This document shows, one piece after another, positions 54,188 to 64,000 of a stretch of 64,000 nucleotides of DNA. The DNA is taken from NCBI GenBank assembly GCA_963840855.1, contig CAWJBB010000046.1:1-64000 (forward strand), given 5' to 3'. Under the pieces are notes generated by a model that had not been told where the DNA came from, searched no databases, and saw only the letters and a program-made list of their open reading frames with translations. The position numbers were made by a program, and so were the translations under genes. Source of the DNA: an uncultured delta proteobacterium. GTDB lineage: Bacteria > Desulfobacterota > Binatia > UBA9968. How positions within the stretch are numbered: the first letter of the stretch is position 1; each line of letters opens with the position of its first letter.

Positions 54188-55248
54188 CACTGCGCGACGT
54201 ACTTGTCAGTTACGGCAACTTAGTCGCGTTGCAGATCGCGGCTCTCGATTTGCATCCCCGCGAAGTTCTGGCGATCATCGGGCCAAACGGCGGCGGTAAG
54301 TCGACCTTGCTGCGGGTGATGGGTTTGCTCCAGCGTCCCACCAGCGGCACGGTGCTGTTCCGCGGTGAGCATGCGTTTGATGGAAATTCGCTTGAACTCA
54401 GGCGGCGCATCGCCACGGTGTTTCAGGAGCCGCTGCTGGTCAACGCGACAGTTTACGAAAACGCCGCCCTCGGTATGAGGCTGCGCGGCGTTGCCAGCCG
54501 TGACATTGCGCGGCGTCTCGAGCCCTGGCTGGAGCGGCTGGGCATCGCTCACCTGCGGGGACAGTCTGCTCGCAGTTTGTCCGGCGGCGAAGCCCAACGC
54601 ACTAGCCTTGCCCGCGCTCTTGTGCTCGAACCTGAAATTCTGTTGCTCGACGAGCCTTTTGCCGCTCTGGACCCCACCAGCCGGGAAGCGTTGCTGCGGG
54701 ATTTTCAACCGATTATAAAAGACAGCGGAATAACCACGGTATTTGTCACCCACGATAGGAACGAGGCTTTCGGCCTCGCCGGCCGCGTCGGTGTTTTACA
54801 TCTTGGCCGCCTGGTGCAAATCGGCGCCCGCGAGGAGGTCTTTCGTCGACCTGTCAGCGAAGCCGTGGCCGAGATCGTCGGCGTTGAGAACCTTCTGCCC
54901 GGCGTGGTCGAAGACTGCGAAGAGGAATGGACTATTATCCGGGTCAATCAGAACAAGTTTAAGATGGCGGGAAGATTCACGCCCGGCGCAAAGGTCGTTG
55001 TTTGTCTCCGCCAGGAAGATGTCGTGCTCAGCCGAGGAAGCTGTGAAACGAGCAATTCAAACCGGCTCATGGGAAGAATTACCGGTATATCGACGGGCGT
55101 GATGCACCAGCGCATAACCATGGACTGCGGTGGCATCGAGGTCGTGGCGCTAGTAGATCGAAGGGTTGGCTTCGGGCTGGGACTTGCAGAAGGAGAAAAG
55201 GTTACGGCGACGTTCAGCTACAGCGCGGCACATCTCATCGTCGATTAA
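54169..55248 (+). CDS. tupC: tungstate ABC transporter ATP-binding protein with C-terminal TOBE region
   Basis: GPNGGGKST, LSGGEAQR, LLDEP, VTHD. Confidence 0.88.
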   Translation: MAATLLTLRDVLVSYGNLVALQIAALDLHPREVLAIIGPNGGGKSTLLRVMGLLQRPTSGTVLFRGEHAFDGNSLELRRRIATVFQEPLLVNATVYENAALGMRLRGVASRDIARRLEPWLERLGIAHLRGQSARSLSGGEAQRTSLARALVLEPEILLLDEPFAALDPTSREALLRDFQPIIKDSGITTVFVTHDRNEAFGLAGRVGVLHLGRLVQIGAREEVFRRPVSEAVAEIVGVENLLPGVVEDCEEEWTIIRVNQNKFKMAGRFTPGAKVVVCLRQEDVVLSRGSCETSNSNRLMGRITGISTGVMHQRITMDCGGIEVVALVDRRVGFGLGLAEGEKVTATFSYSAAHLIVD

Positions 55249-55412
55249 TGAGATTTCGACGTGGCTCAGGCATGCTTTGCGTCTTTGCGAGACACAGTTG
55301 TTTCAATCCTCTCTCATCCGAAATTCAATATGTTTGATAATTTTTAGTAGACAGCGGAGTCCGGGTTAGGTAATGATTTCGCGAGTATGCCTCAGTGAAA
55401 AAGGGGTAACCG

Positions 55413-55904
55413 ATGTCTGCTTTTGAATCCTACGCCGCGGTGGTGACCGACAAGCGGCAAATTGAAATGCGCAGCTTTCCAGTCCCGCAGGTATCGCCAG
55501 CGGACGCGATTTTGAAAGTGGAGTTGTGCGGTATTTGCGGCAGCGACTATCACTATTACACCGAAGGAGAGCACTGGCCTTATCAGTTGCCGCCGCAGAT
55601 TTTGGGCCACGAGGTTGTCGGACGCATTGAAAAGATCGGCCATGAAGCCGCAAGGAAATGGCGCGTTAAAGAAGGCGATCTGGTGATCGTCGAGTCTGCG
55701 ATTACCTGCGGGCGTTGCCGCTACTGCCAGACCGGCAATTCATCCTTATGCTCCACCAAACAAAGCTACGGCATGAGCGCGAGCATGAAGAATCCGCCGC
55801 ACCGCGCTGAATCCGTGGAGCGCCTGAATAGTGGGTGCGCATCGCAAAACCCATTGACGTTTTTTTCTCGCGCCGATGAGCGGACCCCGGCGAAACCTAC
55901 TTAG
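55413..55904 (+). pseudogene. truncated zinc-dependent alcohol dehydrogenase (GroES-like domain only)
   Basis: CGICGSD, ILGHE, CGRCRYC...C; homology ends at about 55800, no Rossmann domain. Confidence 0.75.
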
Positions 55905-56977
55905 CGGGACAAGCTGTGCACCGTCTGGCCGATGAGCTGCTTGGGATCTGCGCCTGGTCTAGGGCGTAGCTTCTGCACTCGGCCGTTAAAGACTTCGGCG
56001 ATGTAAAGGCTCCCCTCGTTGTCGACGCTTACTTGATGCGGTCCCCACATGCCGCCAGGGAGCGGCCCGAACGTACCCCAGGAACTAAGCAATTTGCCAT
56101 TGAGGTCATACTTGAGCATCTTTTGCGTAACTCCGTCGGAGACAATGACTTCTCCGTCTCTCGACATGACGACGTAGTAGGGCGAACGGATATTGTTCCA
56201 CTCGTCGACGTACTTGCCGTTCAAATCAAAGATCTGGATGCGCGAGTTGGAACGGTCCGACACATAGACGCGCTGGCGGTCCAGTCGATGGCGATGCTAT
56301 GCACCAGATTGAATTCGCCCGGACCTTTCCCAGGCTTGCCCCACTCGAAGAGAAACTTGCCCTCTTTGTCGTACTTCGCCACGCGGGTATTTACGTAGCC
56401 GTCGCTTACGTAAAAATCCCCATTGGGGAGGAATGCCACATCGGTGGGCCGATTGAATTGATTGGGCCGTGGCCGGGTTTCTTGAATTCGCCGAGCGTGA
56501 GCAGCACTTTCTTGCCATCCGGCGAGAACTTCAGGATCTGGTGCGCGCCATCGTCAACCAACCAGACGTTTTGCTCGCGGTCGTACGGGCTGATGTCACG
56601 CGGTGCGGCCTGACAAACTTGTCGTTGTGCTGTTCCCAAGAATCGACCAGCTTGCCATTGCGGTCGAGGATCAAAAGGCAATGCTCCCAGCGCGGCTTCG
56701 CTTGCGTCGCGACCCGCTTGGGAAGTCCTCCGCCGCCGATGGGCTCCTTTAGCACCTCCAGCTCGCCGCGCTGAAAGACGAAGACGCGGTCCGGGGTCTC
56801 GGCCCATACACCGGCAACCGAGCCCCAGCTCCAGCCGTCGTTGTGCAGCGGCTGTGGCCAGTTCGAAACAACTTCATAGGGGCCGGTTTCATCTTCGCCT
56901 CCTTTGTGGGGCGCCATGGCGGCGTAGGCCAGGCCGAAGATTAAAACCGCGACTAGACTCCATTTCACGATTAGCAT
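55901..56977 (-). pseudogene. NHL-repeat / PAL-like protein with three single-base frameshifts
   Basis: Four overlapping ORFs give consecutive segments (FVRPH; VWLVDDGAHQI; FNRPTDVAF...SDGY; GEFNLVH; SDRSNSRIQIFD); shifts near 56597, 56465 and 56283. Confidence 0.75.
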
Positions 56978-57266
56978 AGAGCCTCCTTGCGCTAGCGCAG
57001 CTTCGAGTTAAGGGTTCGTGGTGACGAATTGAGCCAATAGTTGTTACAAGGCCATCTTGCGTGTGACTTATAGCCCAGGGGCGGAAATTGTCCACATATC
57101 CGAAGAGCCTATCCACGGAATGGGCTGACGTGCGACAAGAGGTCCCGAGTCTACTGGTGGTGGTCTGGCGAAAACGCTAGACCCAGCCTTGGGAGTCTAG
57201 ACCACAACTTTTGGCGATGGACAGCCGGGCCGATGTCGGGTAATGGTTTGAAGAACGGAGGAATCT

Positions 57267-58358
57267 ATGTCAACGGCAAAAGTGAAAACCGATGTCATCG
57301 ACGCCGACGCGCATGTGGTTGAGAGTGAGCGGGTATGGGATTATCTCGACGCGGCCGAAGAGAAATTCCGCCCAACGCTCCTGGCTGAGCCGGATAACCC
57401 GGAGAGACAGTATTGGGTTCTCGATGGCGAGAATCTCGGCCCCAAGTTTCCTTCGCCCAACGAGAAAGAAGCTGAAGAGCATGTCAAAAGATTCGGCCGG
57501 GAGGTGGGAACTCCGGTGAAAGCCCGCGAGCTAAGCGACGTGACGCAGCGGCTCAAGCATTTGGACGAATTGGGGATCGACGTTCAAGTGCTTTACAATT
57601 CGCTCTGGCTCAGGCCCCTCACGCGCCGGCCGGACGTAGAGATCGCGCTCTGTTGGAGTTGGAACCGCTGGTTGGCGGATGTCTGGAAGCTGGGCGAGAA
57701 TCGTCTGCGCTGGACTTGCGTGGTGCCGGCGCTGACACCCGAGGAGGCTGTGCCGCAAATTCGTTTCGCCAAGGAACATGGCGCCGTTGGCGTGTGCATT
57801 CGGCCCTTCGAGCGGAATAAACTGATGACGGATCCTTTTTACTATCCGATCTACGACGAGGCGCAGCGCCTCGACATTCCAGTCACCGTCCATATTGCGA
57901 ACGGGAACCCCGAACTGTTCAAATTGATGACCAACGAATCCGGCGGCGGTTTCTCGACATTTCGAATCCCGACGGTCACCGCGTGCTACGCGCTGATCAT
58001 GAGCGAGATACCTCGAGTCTTCCCGAAGCTGCGCTGGGGTTTCATCGAGACATCGAGCCAGTGGGTACCCTGGGTGGTTCACGAGGCCGTGCGGCGGTCT
58101 TTAGGGAGCGAGCATCCGGTTTCCACCAATTGCTTTGGCGAGTACAACATTTACGTTTCCACTCAGACCGACGACGACTTTGAGTACATCATGTCCTACG
58201 CGGGCGAAGGGAATCTCGTCATCGGCACCGACTATGGCCACGGCGACACCTCCAGCGAGCTGAATGCGATTTCCAGGTTCAAAGCAATGGGAGGACTTAG
58301 CCCCGAGGTGAAAAGGAAGATTCTTTCCGACAACCCGAAAAGATTCTACGGCATTTGA
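57267..58358 (+). CDS. amidohydrolase_2 family protein
   Basis: IDADAHV, LDELGIDVQVLY, VTVH, GTDYGH.D, ILSDNPKRFY. Confidence 0.9.
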   Translation: MSTAKVKTDVIDADAHVVESERVWDYLDAAEEKFRPTLLAEPDNPERQYWVLDGENLGPKFPSPNEKEAEEHVKRFGREVGTPVKARELSDVTQRLKHLDELGIDVQVLYNSLWLRPLTRRPDVEIALCWSWNRWLADVWKLGENRLRWTCVVPALTPEEAVPQIRFAKEHGAVGVCIRPFERNKLMTDPFYYPIYDEAQRLDIPVTVHIANGNPELFKLMTNESGGGFSTFRIPTVTACYALIMSEIPRVFPKLRWGFIETSSQWVPWVVHEAVRRSLGSEHPVSTNCFGEYNIYVSTQTDDDFEYIMSYAGEGNLVIGTDYGHGDTSSELNAISRFKAMGGLSPEVKRKILSDNPKRFYGI

Positions 58359-58689
58359 ATCCTGGTATTTTGCCCAAAGGATTTTGCTCTTGTTGTTCGT
58401 GTTCATGATTTGTGTCCTACCGAAAGGTAGGGGTGCCGGCCCATCCTTCCGGCGCTCTATTCCGAAGACTTACAGGACGGGCAAATCATCAACAAACAAG
58501 TCACGATACGTAACCCGTTTGCGTCTCTGTAAGATTATTACGAAAGAGTACCTCCGATCGACCTGTTCGACTCCATCCAGTAAAAACATATTCGGTCGTT
58601 GCGGCTAAACCGTGGCTGCGGCACCGGGGAAAAGCTATATCAGGAGAAGTTCAAGCGCTGACCTAGAGAAGGGAGTGACGGGTTCATCT

Positions 58690-59115
58690 ATGACATCGTT
58701 TCCCGTTTCACCCAACAAAGAAAAACAACTCTCTGAGCGCATGCGAGCCCTGGATGTTCGAGAGCAGGATATCGAGGAGCAATTTGTGCGCTCGTCGGGC
58801 GCCGGCGGCCAGAACGTCAATAAAGTCTCGACCTGTGTGCTGCTCTATCACCGGCCATCGGGTATCCGGGTCAAGTGCCAAAAGGAGCGCTCCCAGGCGC
58901 TCAATCGTTTCCTGGCCCGAAGAATTCTGCTGGATAAAATCGAGGCCAAGGTTAGAGGCACCCAAACGGCGGAGGAACAAAGGGCCGCCAAGATTCGGCG
59001 CCAGAAGAGAAAGCGTTCCCGGCGCGCCAAGTCGCGGATGCTCGATGAAAAGCATCGCCAGGCCGAGAAGAAAATTCGCAGAGCCGCCGTGCGGCCTGAT
59101 CATTACGACGGCTGA
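58690..59115 (+). CDS. peptide chain release factor-like ribosome rescue protein (ArfB/RF-1 family)
   Basis: [17 protein letters not shown] motif, ERSQALNR, basic C-terminal tail. Confidence 0.88.
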   Translation: MTSFPVSPNKEKQLSERMRALDVREQDIEEQFVRSSGAGGQNVNKVSTCVLLYHRPSGIRVKCQKERSQALNRFLARRILLDKIEAKVRGTQTAEEQRAAKIRRQKRKRSRRAKSRMLDEKHRQAEKKIRRAAVRPDHYDG

Positions 59116-59160
59116 ATTTAACTACGCACAGGGTTCATTCATCGCGCACAAAAATACAGA

Positions 59161-59979
59161 TCATTTCACGTCCGTTCTACGATAGCCTGGGTTAGGCCCA
59201 CCCTTCTGTGAAGACAAGTACTCGCCCACTTGACCCAGCGGATCAACCATCAGCCGTTGTCGCGCCCCGACGAGTTGGTCAAGGCTCATGGCCTGAGGCA
59301 GCGAGAGGTCCCGGCCCATCTGAACGGCGATCTTGGCGTTTGCCAAAGCCGCGGGATGGCGGGAGGCAATTTCCTGTGCCAGTTTTAGCGTCACAGTTTC
59401 CAGTTCCGCTTCCGCAACCGCCATCGAAACGAGACCGAGCCGGTCCGCCTCGGTGCCTGTGATGTTTTGCCCACCGAGTTGAATCAGAGCCGCCTTTTTC
59501 ATCGGCACACCGGCGTGAAAGAGAGTGCTCGTCGCCATTTGTCCGAAGCTGCCGCGCAGTATTTCCGGCATGCCGATCTGAGCGTTCGCAGCTGCAATGA
59601 CGAGATCATGTGAGTTCATCAGCGCGAGACCACCGCCGAGACAATAGCCGTGCACCTGGGCGATGGTTACTTTGGCGAAGTTGCGGATCGCTTCAAACAT
59701 CACGGCAGTTGGACTGAACTTATCCCAATCCGCCGGAGGTTCCTCGTTCTGCGCGCGCAAATAGTAGAGGTCCAGGCCCGAACAGTAAGAAGGCCCATTG
59801 CCTTTTGTGATAACCACATTGATCTCGCGATCGGCTCGGACCGCTTCCAGAGCGCTCATGACATCGTCAACGAGCTGTCCGTTCACCGCGTTTCGTTTTT
59901 CCGGCCGGTTGAAAATAATCCTGGCGACGCCAGTGCCGCTAATTTTTTCCAGAATTACCGTTGACAGTTGCTTTTCCAT
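59161..59979 (-). CDS. enoyl-CoA hydratase/crotonase family protein
   Basis: FNRPEKRNAV, YCSGLDL, VHGYCLGGG, GMPEI. Confidence 0.9.
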   Translation of the reverse strand: MEKQLSTVILEKISGTGVARIIFNRPEKRNAVNGQLVDDVMSALEAVRADREINVVITKGNGPSYCSGLDLYYLRAQNEEPPADWDKFSPTAVMFEAIRNFAKVTIAQVHGYCLGGGLALMNSHDLVIAAANAQIGMPEILRGSFGQMATSTLFHAGVPMKKAALIQLGGQNITGTEADRLGLVSMAVAEAELETVTLKLAQEIASRHPAALANAKIAVQMGRDLSLPQAMSLDQLVGARQRLMVDPLGQVGEYLSSQKGGPNPGYRRTDVK

Positions 59980-60029
59980 GACAGTTTCTCCTTTGTGTTG
60001 CTGGGTTGCGGCGCATCCCCCGCCTTTCT

Positions 60030-61373
60030 TTATCCCATGAGCAGGCGACAAGTAGGGCGGATATCCTCGACGGTTTCCAACCTCTCTAGAGAATCCAAAA
60101 TCTCCGGAAGCGCCTTTTCGTCGATCGCTCGCCGCGCGCAATCGACGAATTTTTCTCTTAACTCTTGCGCCGAAAGGGGATGCTCGGCGCCGCCCTTTGC
60201 GTGCTCAACGTGGCGCGAAAGAGTCTGTCCGCCTTTTAAGCGCATCGTCACTTTGGAAGGGCGGGCTCCCGTGGAACTTTCGGAAAGGCTGGAGTCAAGG
60301 TTCATATGAACCCGATCCGCGAATTCTAGAATATGGCGCTCGCGCACCGCGGCATCCGTGAACGCATCCAGAGAAACTTTGCCGTCGATCATCGCCCGCG
60401 CCAAGACATAACCCATGCAAAACTTTCCCTGGAGCCCCGTCTGGGGAATGCGAAAAACCAGCCGGCTGTAAGCGTGTTCGGCTACGCCAACGTCGATCGC
60501 TTCCACCATTTCTGGAGCGATCCCGTGGCTGGAGCGCATATCGAGCACTGCATCGATCGCGTTGTGAGCGAGCCCGCCGCAAGGATAGGGCTTGATCTTT
60601 ATGCCGTGGAGGAGGTCATTGCACTGACCGAGCTCCGCGAAAGGACTCAGATCCGGAGGCAGGGTAAGATAAGCGCCGAAGAAACCTGATTCCGATTCAA
60701 GGCCCTGTGGACTGGCGGTGAACCCTGCTTGAGCGAGCTTCGCCGCAGTTACGCCGTTCCTCGCTGCCAGGCCAGTATCCAATGGTTTGGACATCGTTCC
60801 ATAGTTGCAGACAATTCCACTCGCCATGGCAGCGGCAATTCCAAGGGCCATGCGCAGTTGATCAGCGTCCAGCCGCAGCAGCTTGGCGCAGGAAACCGTC
60901 GCGCCAAAGGTGCCCAGAGTTCCCGCGCTGTGCCATTTGCCCCGACCTTTTTCAGGTATCGACCTGGCGATTTTCGCCGTTACTTCGAAGCCTGCGACGT
61001 ATGCCGCCAGCAAATCGCGCCCGCGCGCCCCGAGGGATTCGCCCAGGGCCATGATCGCCGGGATCACGCCGGACGTGGGCTGGCCCAAATACAAACTATG
61101 ATCGAAATCCAGCGCGTGGGCAGCGGTCCCATTGACGAAGGCGGCTTGGAGCGCCGATGACTTGAATCCCTGGCCGTAAACGCTCGCCTCGGCGGCGGCT
61201 CCTTCCTGTCGGGCTATCTGCCCGCATATAGTCGCGCTCTTTTCTCTGCTCCCAGCAAGAGTGACTCCGATGCAGTCGACGAATGCGGTTTTAGCGACTG
61301 CCAAAGCTTCCTGCGGAAGTTGTTCGTACTGCAACTCCACCACATAGCGGGCTATTTTTTCCGTGAGTTCCAT
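60030..61373 (-). CDS. MmgE/PrpD family protein
   Basis: AAFVNGTAAHALDFD, GTMSKP, KPYPCG..AH, GKFC. Confidence 0.9.
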   Translation of the reverse strand: MELTEKIARYVVELQYEQLPQEALAVAKTAFVDCIGVTLAGSREKSATICGQIARQEGAAAEASVYGQGFKSSALQAAFVNGTAAHALDFDHSLYLGQPTSGVIPAIMALGESLGARGRDLLAAYVAGFEVTAKIARSIPEKGRGKWHSAGTLGTFGATVSCAKLLRLDADQLRMALGIAAAMASGIVCNYGTMSKPLDTGLAARNGVTAAKLAQAGFTASPQGLESESGFFGAYLTLPPDLSPFAELGQCNDLLHGIKIKPYPCGGLAHNAIDAVLDMRSSHGIAPEMVEAIDVGVAEHAYSRLVFRIPQTGLQGKFCMGYVLARAMIDGKVSLDAFTDAAVRERHILEFADRVHMNLDSSLSESSTGARPSKVTMRLKGGQTLSRHVEHAKGGAEHPLSAQELREKFVDCARRAIDEKALPEILDSLERLETVEDIRPTCRLLMG

Positions 61374-61544
61374 TGATTTCAAATCCTTCCGAAAGTTGTT
61401 GCCGACCCGACGGGTCTATATCGCCCGTCAGCCGCTGTCAAGCGCCATATAGATAACTTCTGCGGTTGACGTAAATGCCGTCCATCGGATACAAAGGGAG
61501 AAGATCGGTGCGATTATAATTGACAGAAGGGAGAATTGTCGATC

Positions 61545-61985
61545 ATGGAAACCAAACAACGCGGGATAAGGACTTTCAAGTGCGAGTTCAATGACCCGGA
61601 CTTCAAAGGCCTTCCCAAGAAAACCGAACGGCTGATTAGCAACAGCGATAGCAGCCTTTTGGGGCTAGGCATGCAAGTGGTCCTAGCCGGAGGCGAGACG
61701 AACCGCCACGCCCACACTGGCCAAGACGCGGCGTGGCTAGTCCTTGAAGGCCGCGCTCGGTTCTACGGTAAGACCGACGACGAGGTGTTCGAGATCGGTC
61801 CACAGGAAGGCCTCTTCATGCCGGACGGACAGGATTACTGGTTCGAGTCGGCGTCGGATCAACCGCTTAAGATCCTGCGCATGTCGGCGCGAGATCCCCG
61901 GGCCGAAGCCAAGCGGATGAACTACGAAGATCTGAAAGGCTGGCAAGGCCATCTCGGCGGCGAGCGCGTCACCGCGCGCAAGTAG
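61545..61985 (+). CDS. cupin domain protein
   Basis: GGETNRHAH.GQDAAWLVLEGRARFYG, YWFES. Confidence 0.8.
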   Translation: METKQRGIRTFKCEFNDPDFKGLPKKTERLISNSDSSLLGLGMQVVLAGGETNRHAHTGQDAAWLVLEGRARFYGKTDDEVFEIGPQEGLFMPDGQDYWFESASDQPLKILRMSARDPRAEAKRMNYEDLKGWQGHLGGERVTARK

Positions 61986-62013
61986 CAGTCCAGTCTTTAT
62001 TTAGGACGCAAAA

Positions 62014-62061
62014 GGGACAGGTTGATTGGTTCCGCTCGGGAGCTCGAAATCAGCCTGTCCC
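62014..62061. repeat. inverted repeat (REP-like or terminator)
   Basis: gggacaggttgatt ... aatcagcctgtccc. Confidence 0.55.
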
Positions 62062-62165
62062 CCGCCTTCGCACCGCGGACGGAAGACAATCGGGGCTGAA
62101 TCCGGAACATTTAAACCTTGAACTCGAAGTTACGGCAACTCTGCTAGTAATCGCCATAGCCTTTG

Positions 62166-63233
62166 ATGCGCTTCGGTCTTAACTTTTTCCCGTCGTTTCG
62201 TTTGCAGGACATGTCCACGGCCGAGTACTTCGCGCAGGCGCTTCGTCTCGCGGAACGGGGCGACGTATTGGGGTACGATTCGGTCAAGACCGTCGAGCAC
62301 TATTTTCATGATTATGGCGGCCATAGCCCCAACCCCATCGTTCTTCTATCAGCCATCGCGGCCAGGACGCGGCGTATCCGGCTCATCACCGGCGCGGTGA
62401 TCCCTGCCTTCAACAACCCGATCAAGCTCGCCGGCGAGTTGGCAATGCTGGATAACATCAGCAACGGCAGGCTCGACGCCGGCTTCGGGCGCGCGTTCAT
62501 TCCCAAGGAGTTCGATGTCTTCAACGTCAAGATGGACGAAAGCCGCGCGCGCTTTGAAGAGGGGATCGACGTTATTACCCGCCTCTGGACTGAAGAACGG
62601 CTCTCCTACGAAGGAAGATTTCATAGGTTTCAAGACGTTCGCCTCATGCCCCGGCCGGTGCAGCAGCCGCATCCGCCGATCTGGATCGCCGCGGTGGCGA
62701 CAAAAGAGTCTTTCATATGGGCAGGGCGACGCGGCTACCATATTATGATCGTCCCCTTCGCCAGTAATCTCGATCTCGTCCGCGATCTGGTGCAGAGTTA
62801 CCGCGACGCCTGGCGCGGCGCCGGCCATGCGCCGGGCGCCGAGCAGATTCAATCTTCGCTTCACTGTTACGTCGCTGAAACCCATCGGGAAGCCGTCGAG
62901 GGATTCAAGCGGCCGGTGGAGCGCTATGTCGAAGTCTTCAGTGAGGCGGTGCGCTCTTGGACGGGTAAAGCCTCAGGCCAATACGCCGGCTATGAGAAAC
63001 TCGTGGAGGCCATCGGCGCGCTTACCCCCGAGAAGATGATTGACAGCCACACGGCCCTCGTGGGGACACCGGAGGAGGTGATCGAGCAGGTGGAGTTCAA
63101 CCGAAACCTCATCGGCGAGCACGAACCGTCGATGCAGATCAACTTTGGTGGTATCAACGAGGGTGATGCGTTTCGGACCCTGGAGCTTTTCGCCTCCCGG
63201 GTAATGCCGCGCTATCGGAAAGAGGAAAATTAG
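62166..63233 (+). CDS. LLM-class flavin-dependent oxidoreductase
   Basis: MRFGLNFF, VEHYF, SPNP, LDNISNGRLDAGFGR, PRPVQQPHPPIWIA. Confidence 0.92.
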   Translation: MRFGLNFFPSFRLQDMSTAEYFAQALRLAERGDVLGYDSVKTVEHYFHDYGGHSPNPIVLLSAIAARTRRIRLITGAVIPAFNNPIKLAGELAMLDNISNGRLDAGFGRAFIPKEFDVFNVKMDESRARFEEGIDVITRLWTEERLSYEGRFHRFQDVRLMPRPVQQPHPPIWIAAVATKESFIWAGRRGYHIMIVPFASNLDLVRDLVQSYRDAWRGAGHAPGAEQIQSSLHCYVAETHREAVEGFKRPVERYVEVFSEAVRSWTGKASGQYAGYEKLVEAIGALTPEKMIDSHTALVGTPEEVIEQVEFNRNLIGEHEPSMQINFGGINEGDAFRTLELFASRVMPRYRKEEN

Positions 63234-63333
63234 CCGCGCCCGATTGCGGCGTGAACCCCGGTCGAGTTCACCAGTCGGCCGTTCAGGGTGGTTTATAGTT
63301 ATGATTTATCCTTGACGAAAGGAAAGCGAGCCG

Positions 63334-63801
63334 ATGCTGGTCAACCGTCGAACGCTGCGCATTGAATGGGGTCAATGCGATCCCGCGGGGATCGTGTTTT
63401 ATCCGCAATACCTCATTATCTTTGATAGTAGCACCGGATGGCTGTTCGAGCGCACCGGTTTAACGCCGCTCGCCATGCGGCGAAAATATGGCATCGTTGG
63501 TATGCCAATCGTCGAAGTGAGCGCCCGGTTCGTCAAACCATGCCGTTTCGACGATGAGATCGTTGTGGAGAGCGAGATCGGCGAATGGGGGCGAAGCAGC
63601 TTCACGGTGCGTCATCGACTGTTGAGAGACGGCGAGCTTGCGCTCGAAGGCGTCGAGAAGCGTGTTTGGGCAGGTCCGCGTCCCGAGCGAGCGGGCGAGA
63701 TCCAGGCTCAGGCTATTCCGGCGGAGATCGTCGCGAGCCTGTCCGATCCGACCGGCGCGACAACTATCGCACTTGACAAGACCACTGCCTCGGCAATTTG
63801 A
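63334..63801 (+). CDS. acyl-CoA thioesterase (4-hydroxybenzoyl-CoA thioesterase-like hotdog fold)
   Basis: IEWGQCDPAGIVFYPQY, F.KPCRFDD, WGRSSF. Confidence 0.9.
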   Translation: MLVNRRTLRIEWGQCDPAGIVFYPQYLIIFDSSTGWLFERTGLTPLAMRRKYGIVGMPIVEVSARFVKPCRFDDEIVVESEIGEWGRSSFTVRHRLLRDGELALEGVEKRVWAGPRPERAGEIQAQAIPAEIVASLSDPTGATTIALDKTTASAI

Positions 63802-63852
63802 GGCGCTCTTCGTATCGCTGAAGCGAAATGATTTTTCTGTTATGAGAGATAA

Positions 63853-64000
63853 ATGAAGATCGTCCAGGCGACGTTGTGGATCTATGCGGTGGCGTTACAA
63901 AAATCTTGGCAGTGCGTCGCGAAAAACTGGATCGTAAGCTTTGCGCCGTTGGCCTATGGCTTCATCATGTCGATGGCCGGTCTTCTGGCGCTGCCGTTGG
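63853..64000 (+). CDS. hypothetical membrane protein, partial
   Basis: Open frame MKIVQATLWIYAVALQKSWQCVAKNWIVSFAPLAYGFIMSMAGLLALPL runs off the window. Confidence 0.5.
   Translation, partial: MKIVQATLWIYAVALQKSWQCVAKNWIVSFAPLAYGFIMSMAGLLALPL

Noticed and set aside
58416-58431. CCTACC-GAAA-GGTAGG hairpin as a c-di-GMP-I riboswitch
   Set aside because: The flanking GGCAAA and GACGCAAA consensus elements are absent; one GNRA hairpin is not enough.
1-64000. tRNA, rRNA, integrase or transposase genes
   Set aside because: None recognised by eye; a covariance-model scan was not possible.

Overview
GC-rich bacterial chromosomal window. The gene repertoire (LLM oxidoreductases, UbiD, Rieske oxygenase, TctC, amidohydrolases, many solute-binding proteins) suggests a Candidatus Binatia/Deltaproteobacteria-like heterotroph; this host call is inference only. 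The main feature is a ~21 kb extracellular contractile injection system (eCIS) operon at 8231-29265: sheath, two tube-type genes, DUF4255, AAA+ ATPase, hub, gp5, gp25, baseplate J, gpI-like and DUF6519 fibre. It is preceded by a sigma-54 enhancer-binding protein and a consensus -24/-12 promoter. It encodes a DUF4157/PT-TG/Pro-rich/DUF4951-like polymorphic effector with no immunity gene, and a T6SS-style DUF2169-like + DUF4150 (PIPY) spike tip. The block is bracketed by a direct repeat derived from a TenA/HDO-like gene (5476-5498 and 29313-29335). The window also holds a UGA-recoded selenoprotein GrdB with a SECIS hairpin next to a GrdE-like gene, a xanthine-dehydrogenase-family operon with two different large subunits, a tupABC operon with an HTH-PBP regulator, several REP-like repeat families, gene remnants, and several single-base frameshifts that may be assembly errors. 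All family assignments are by motif recognition; no database searches were run.
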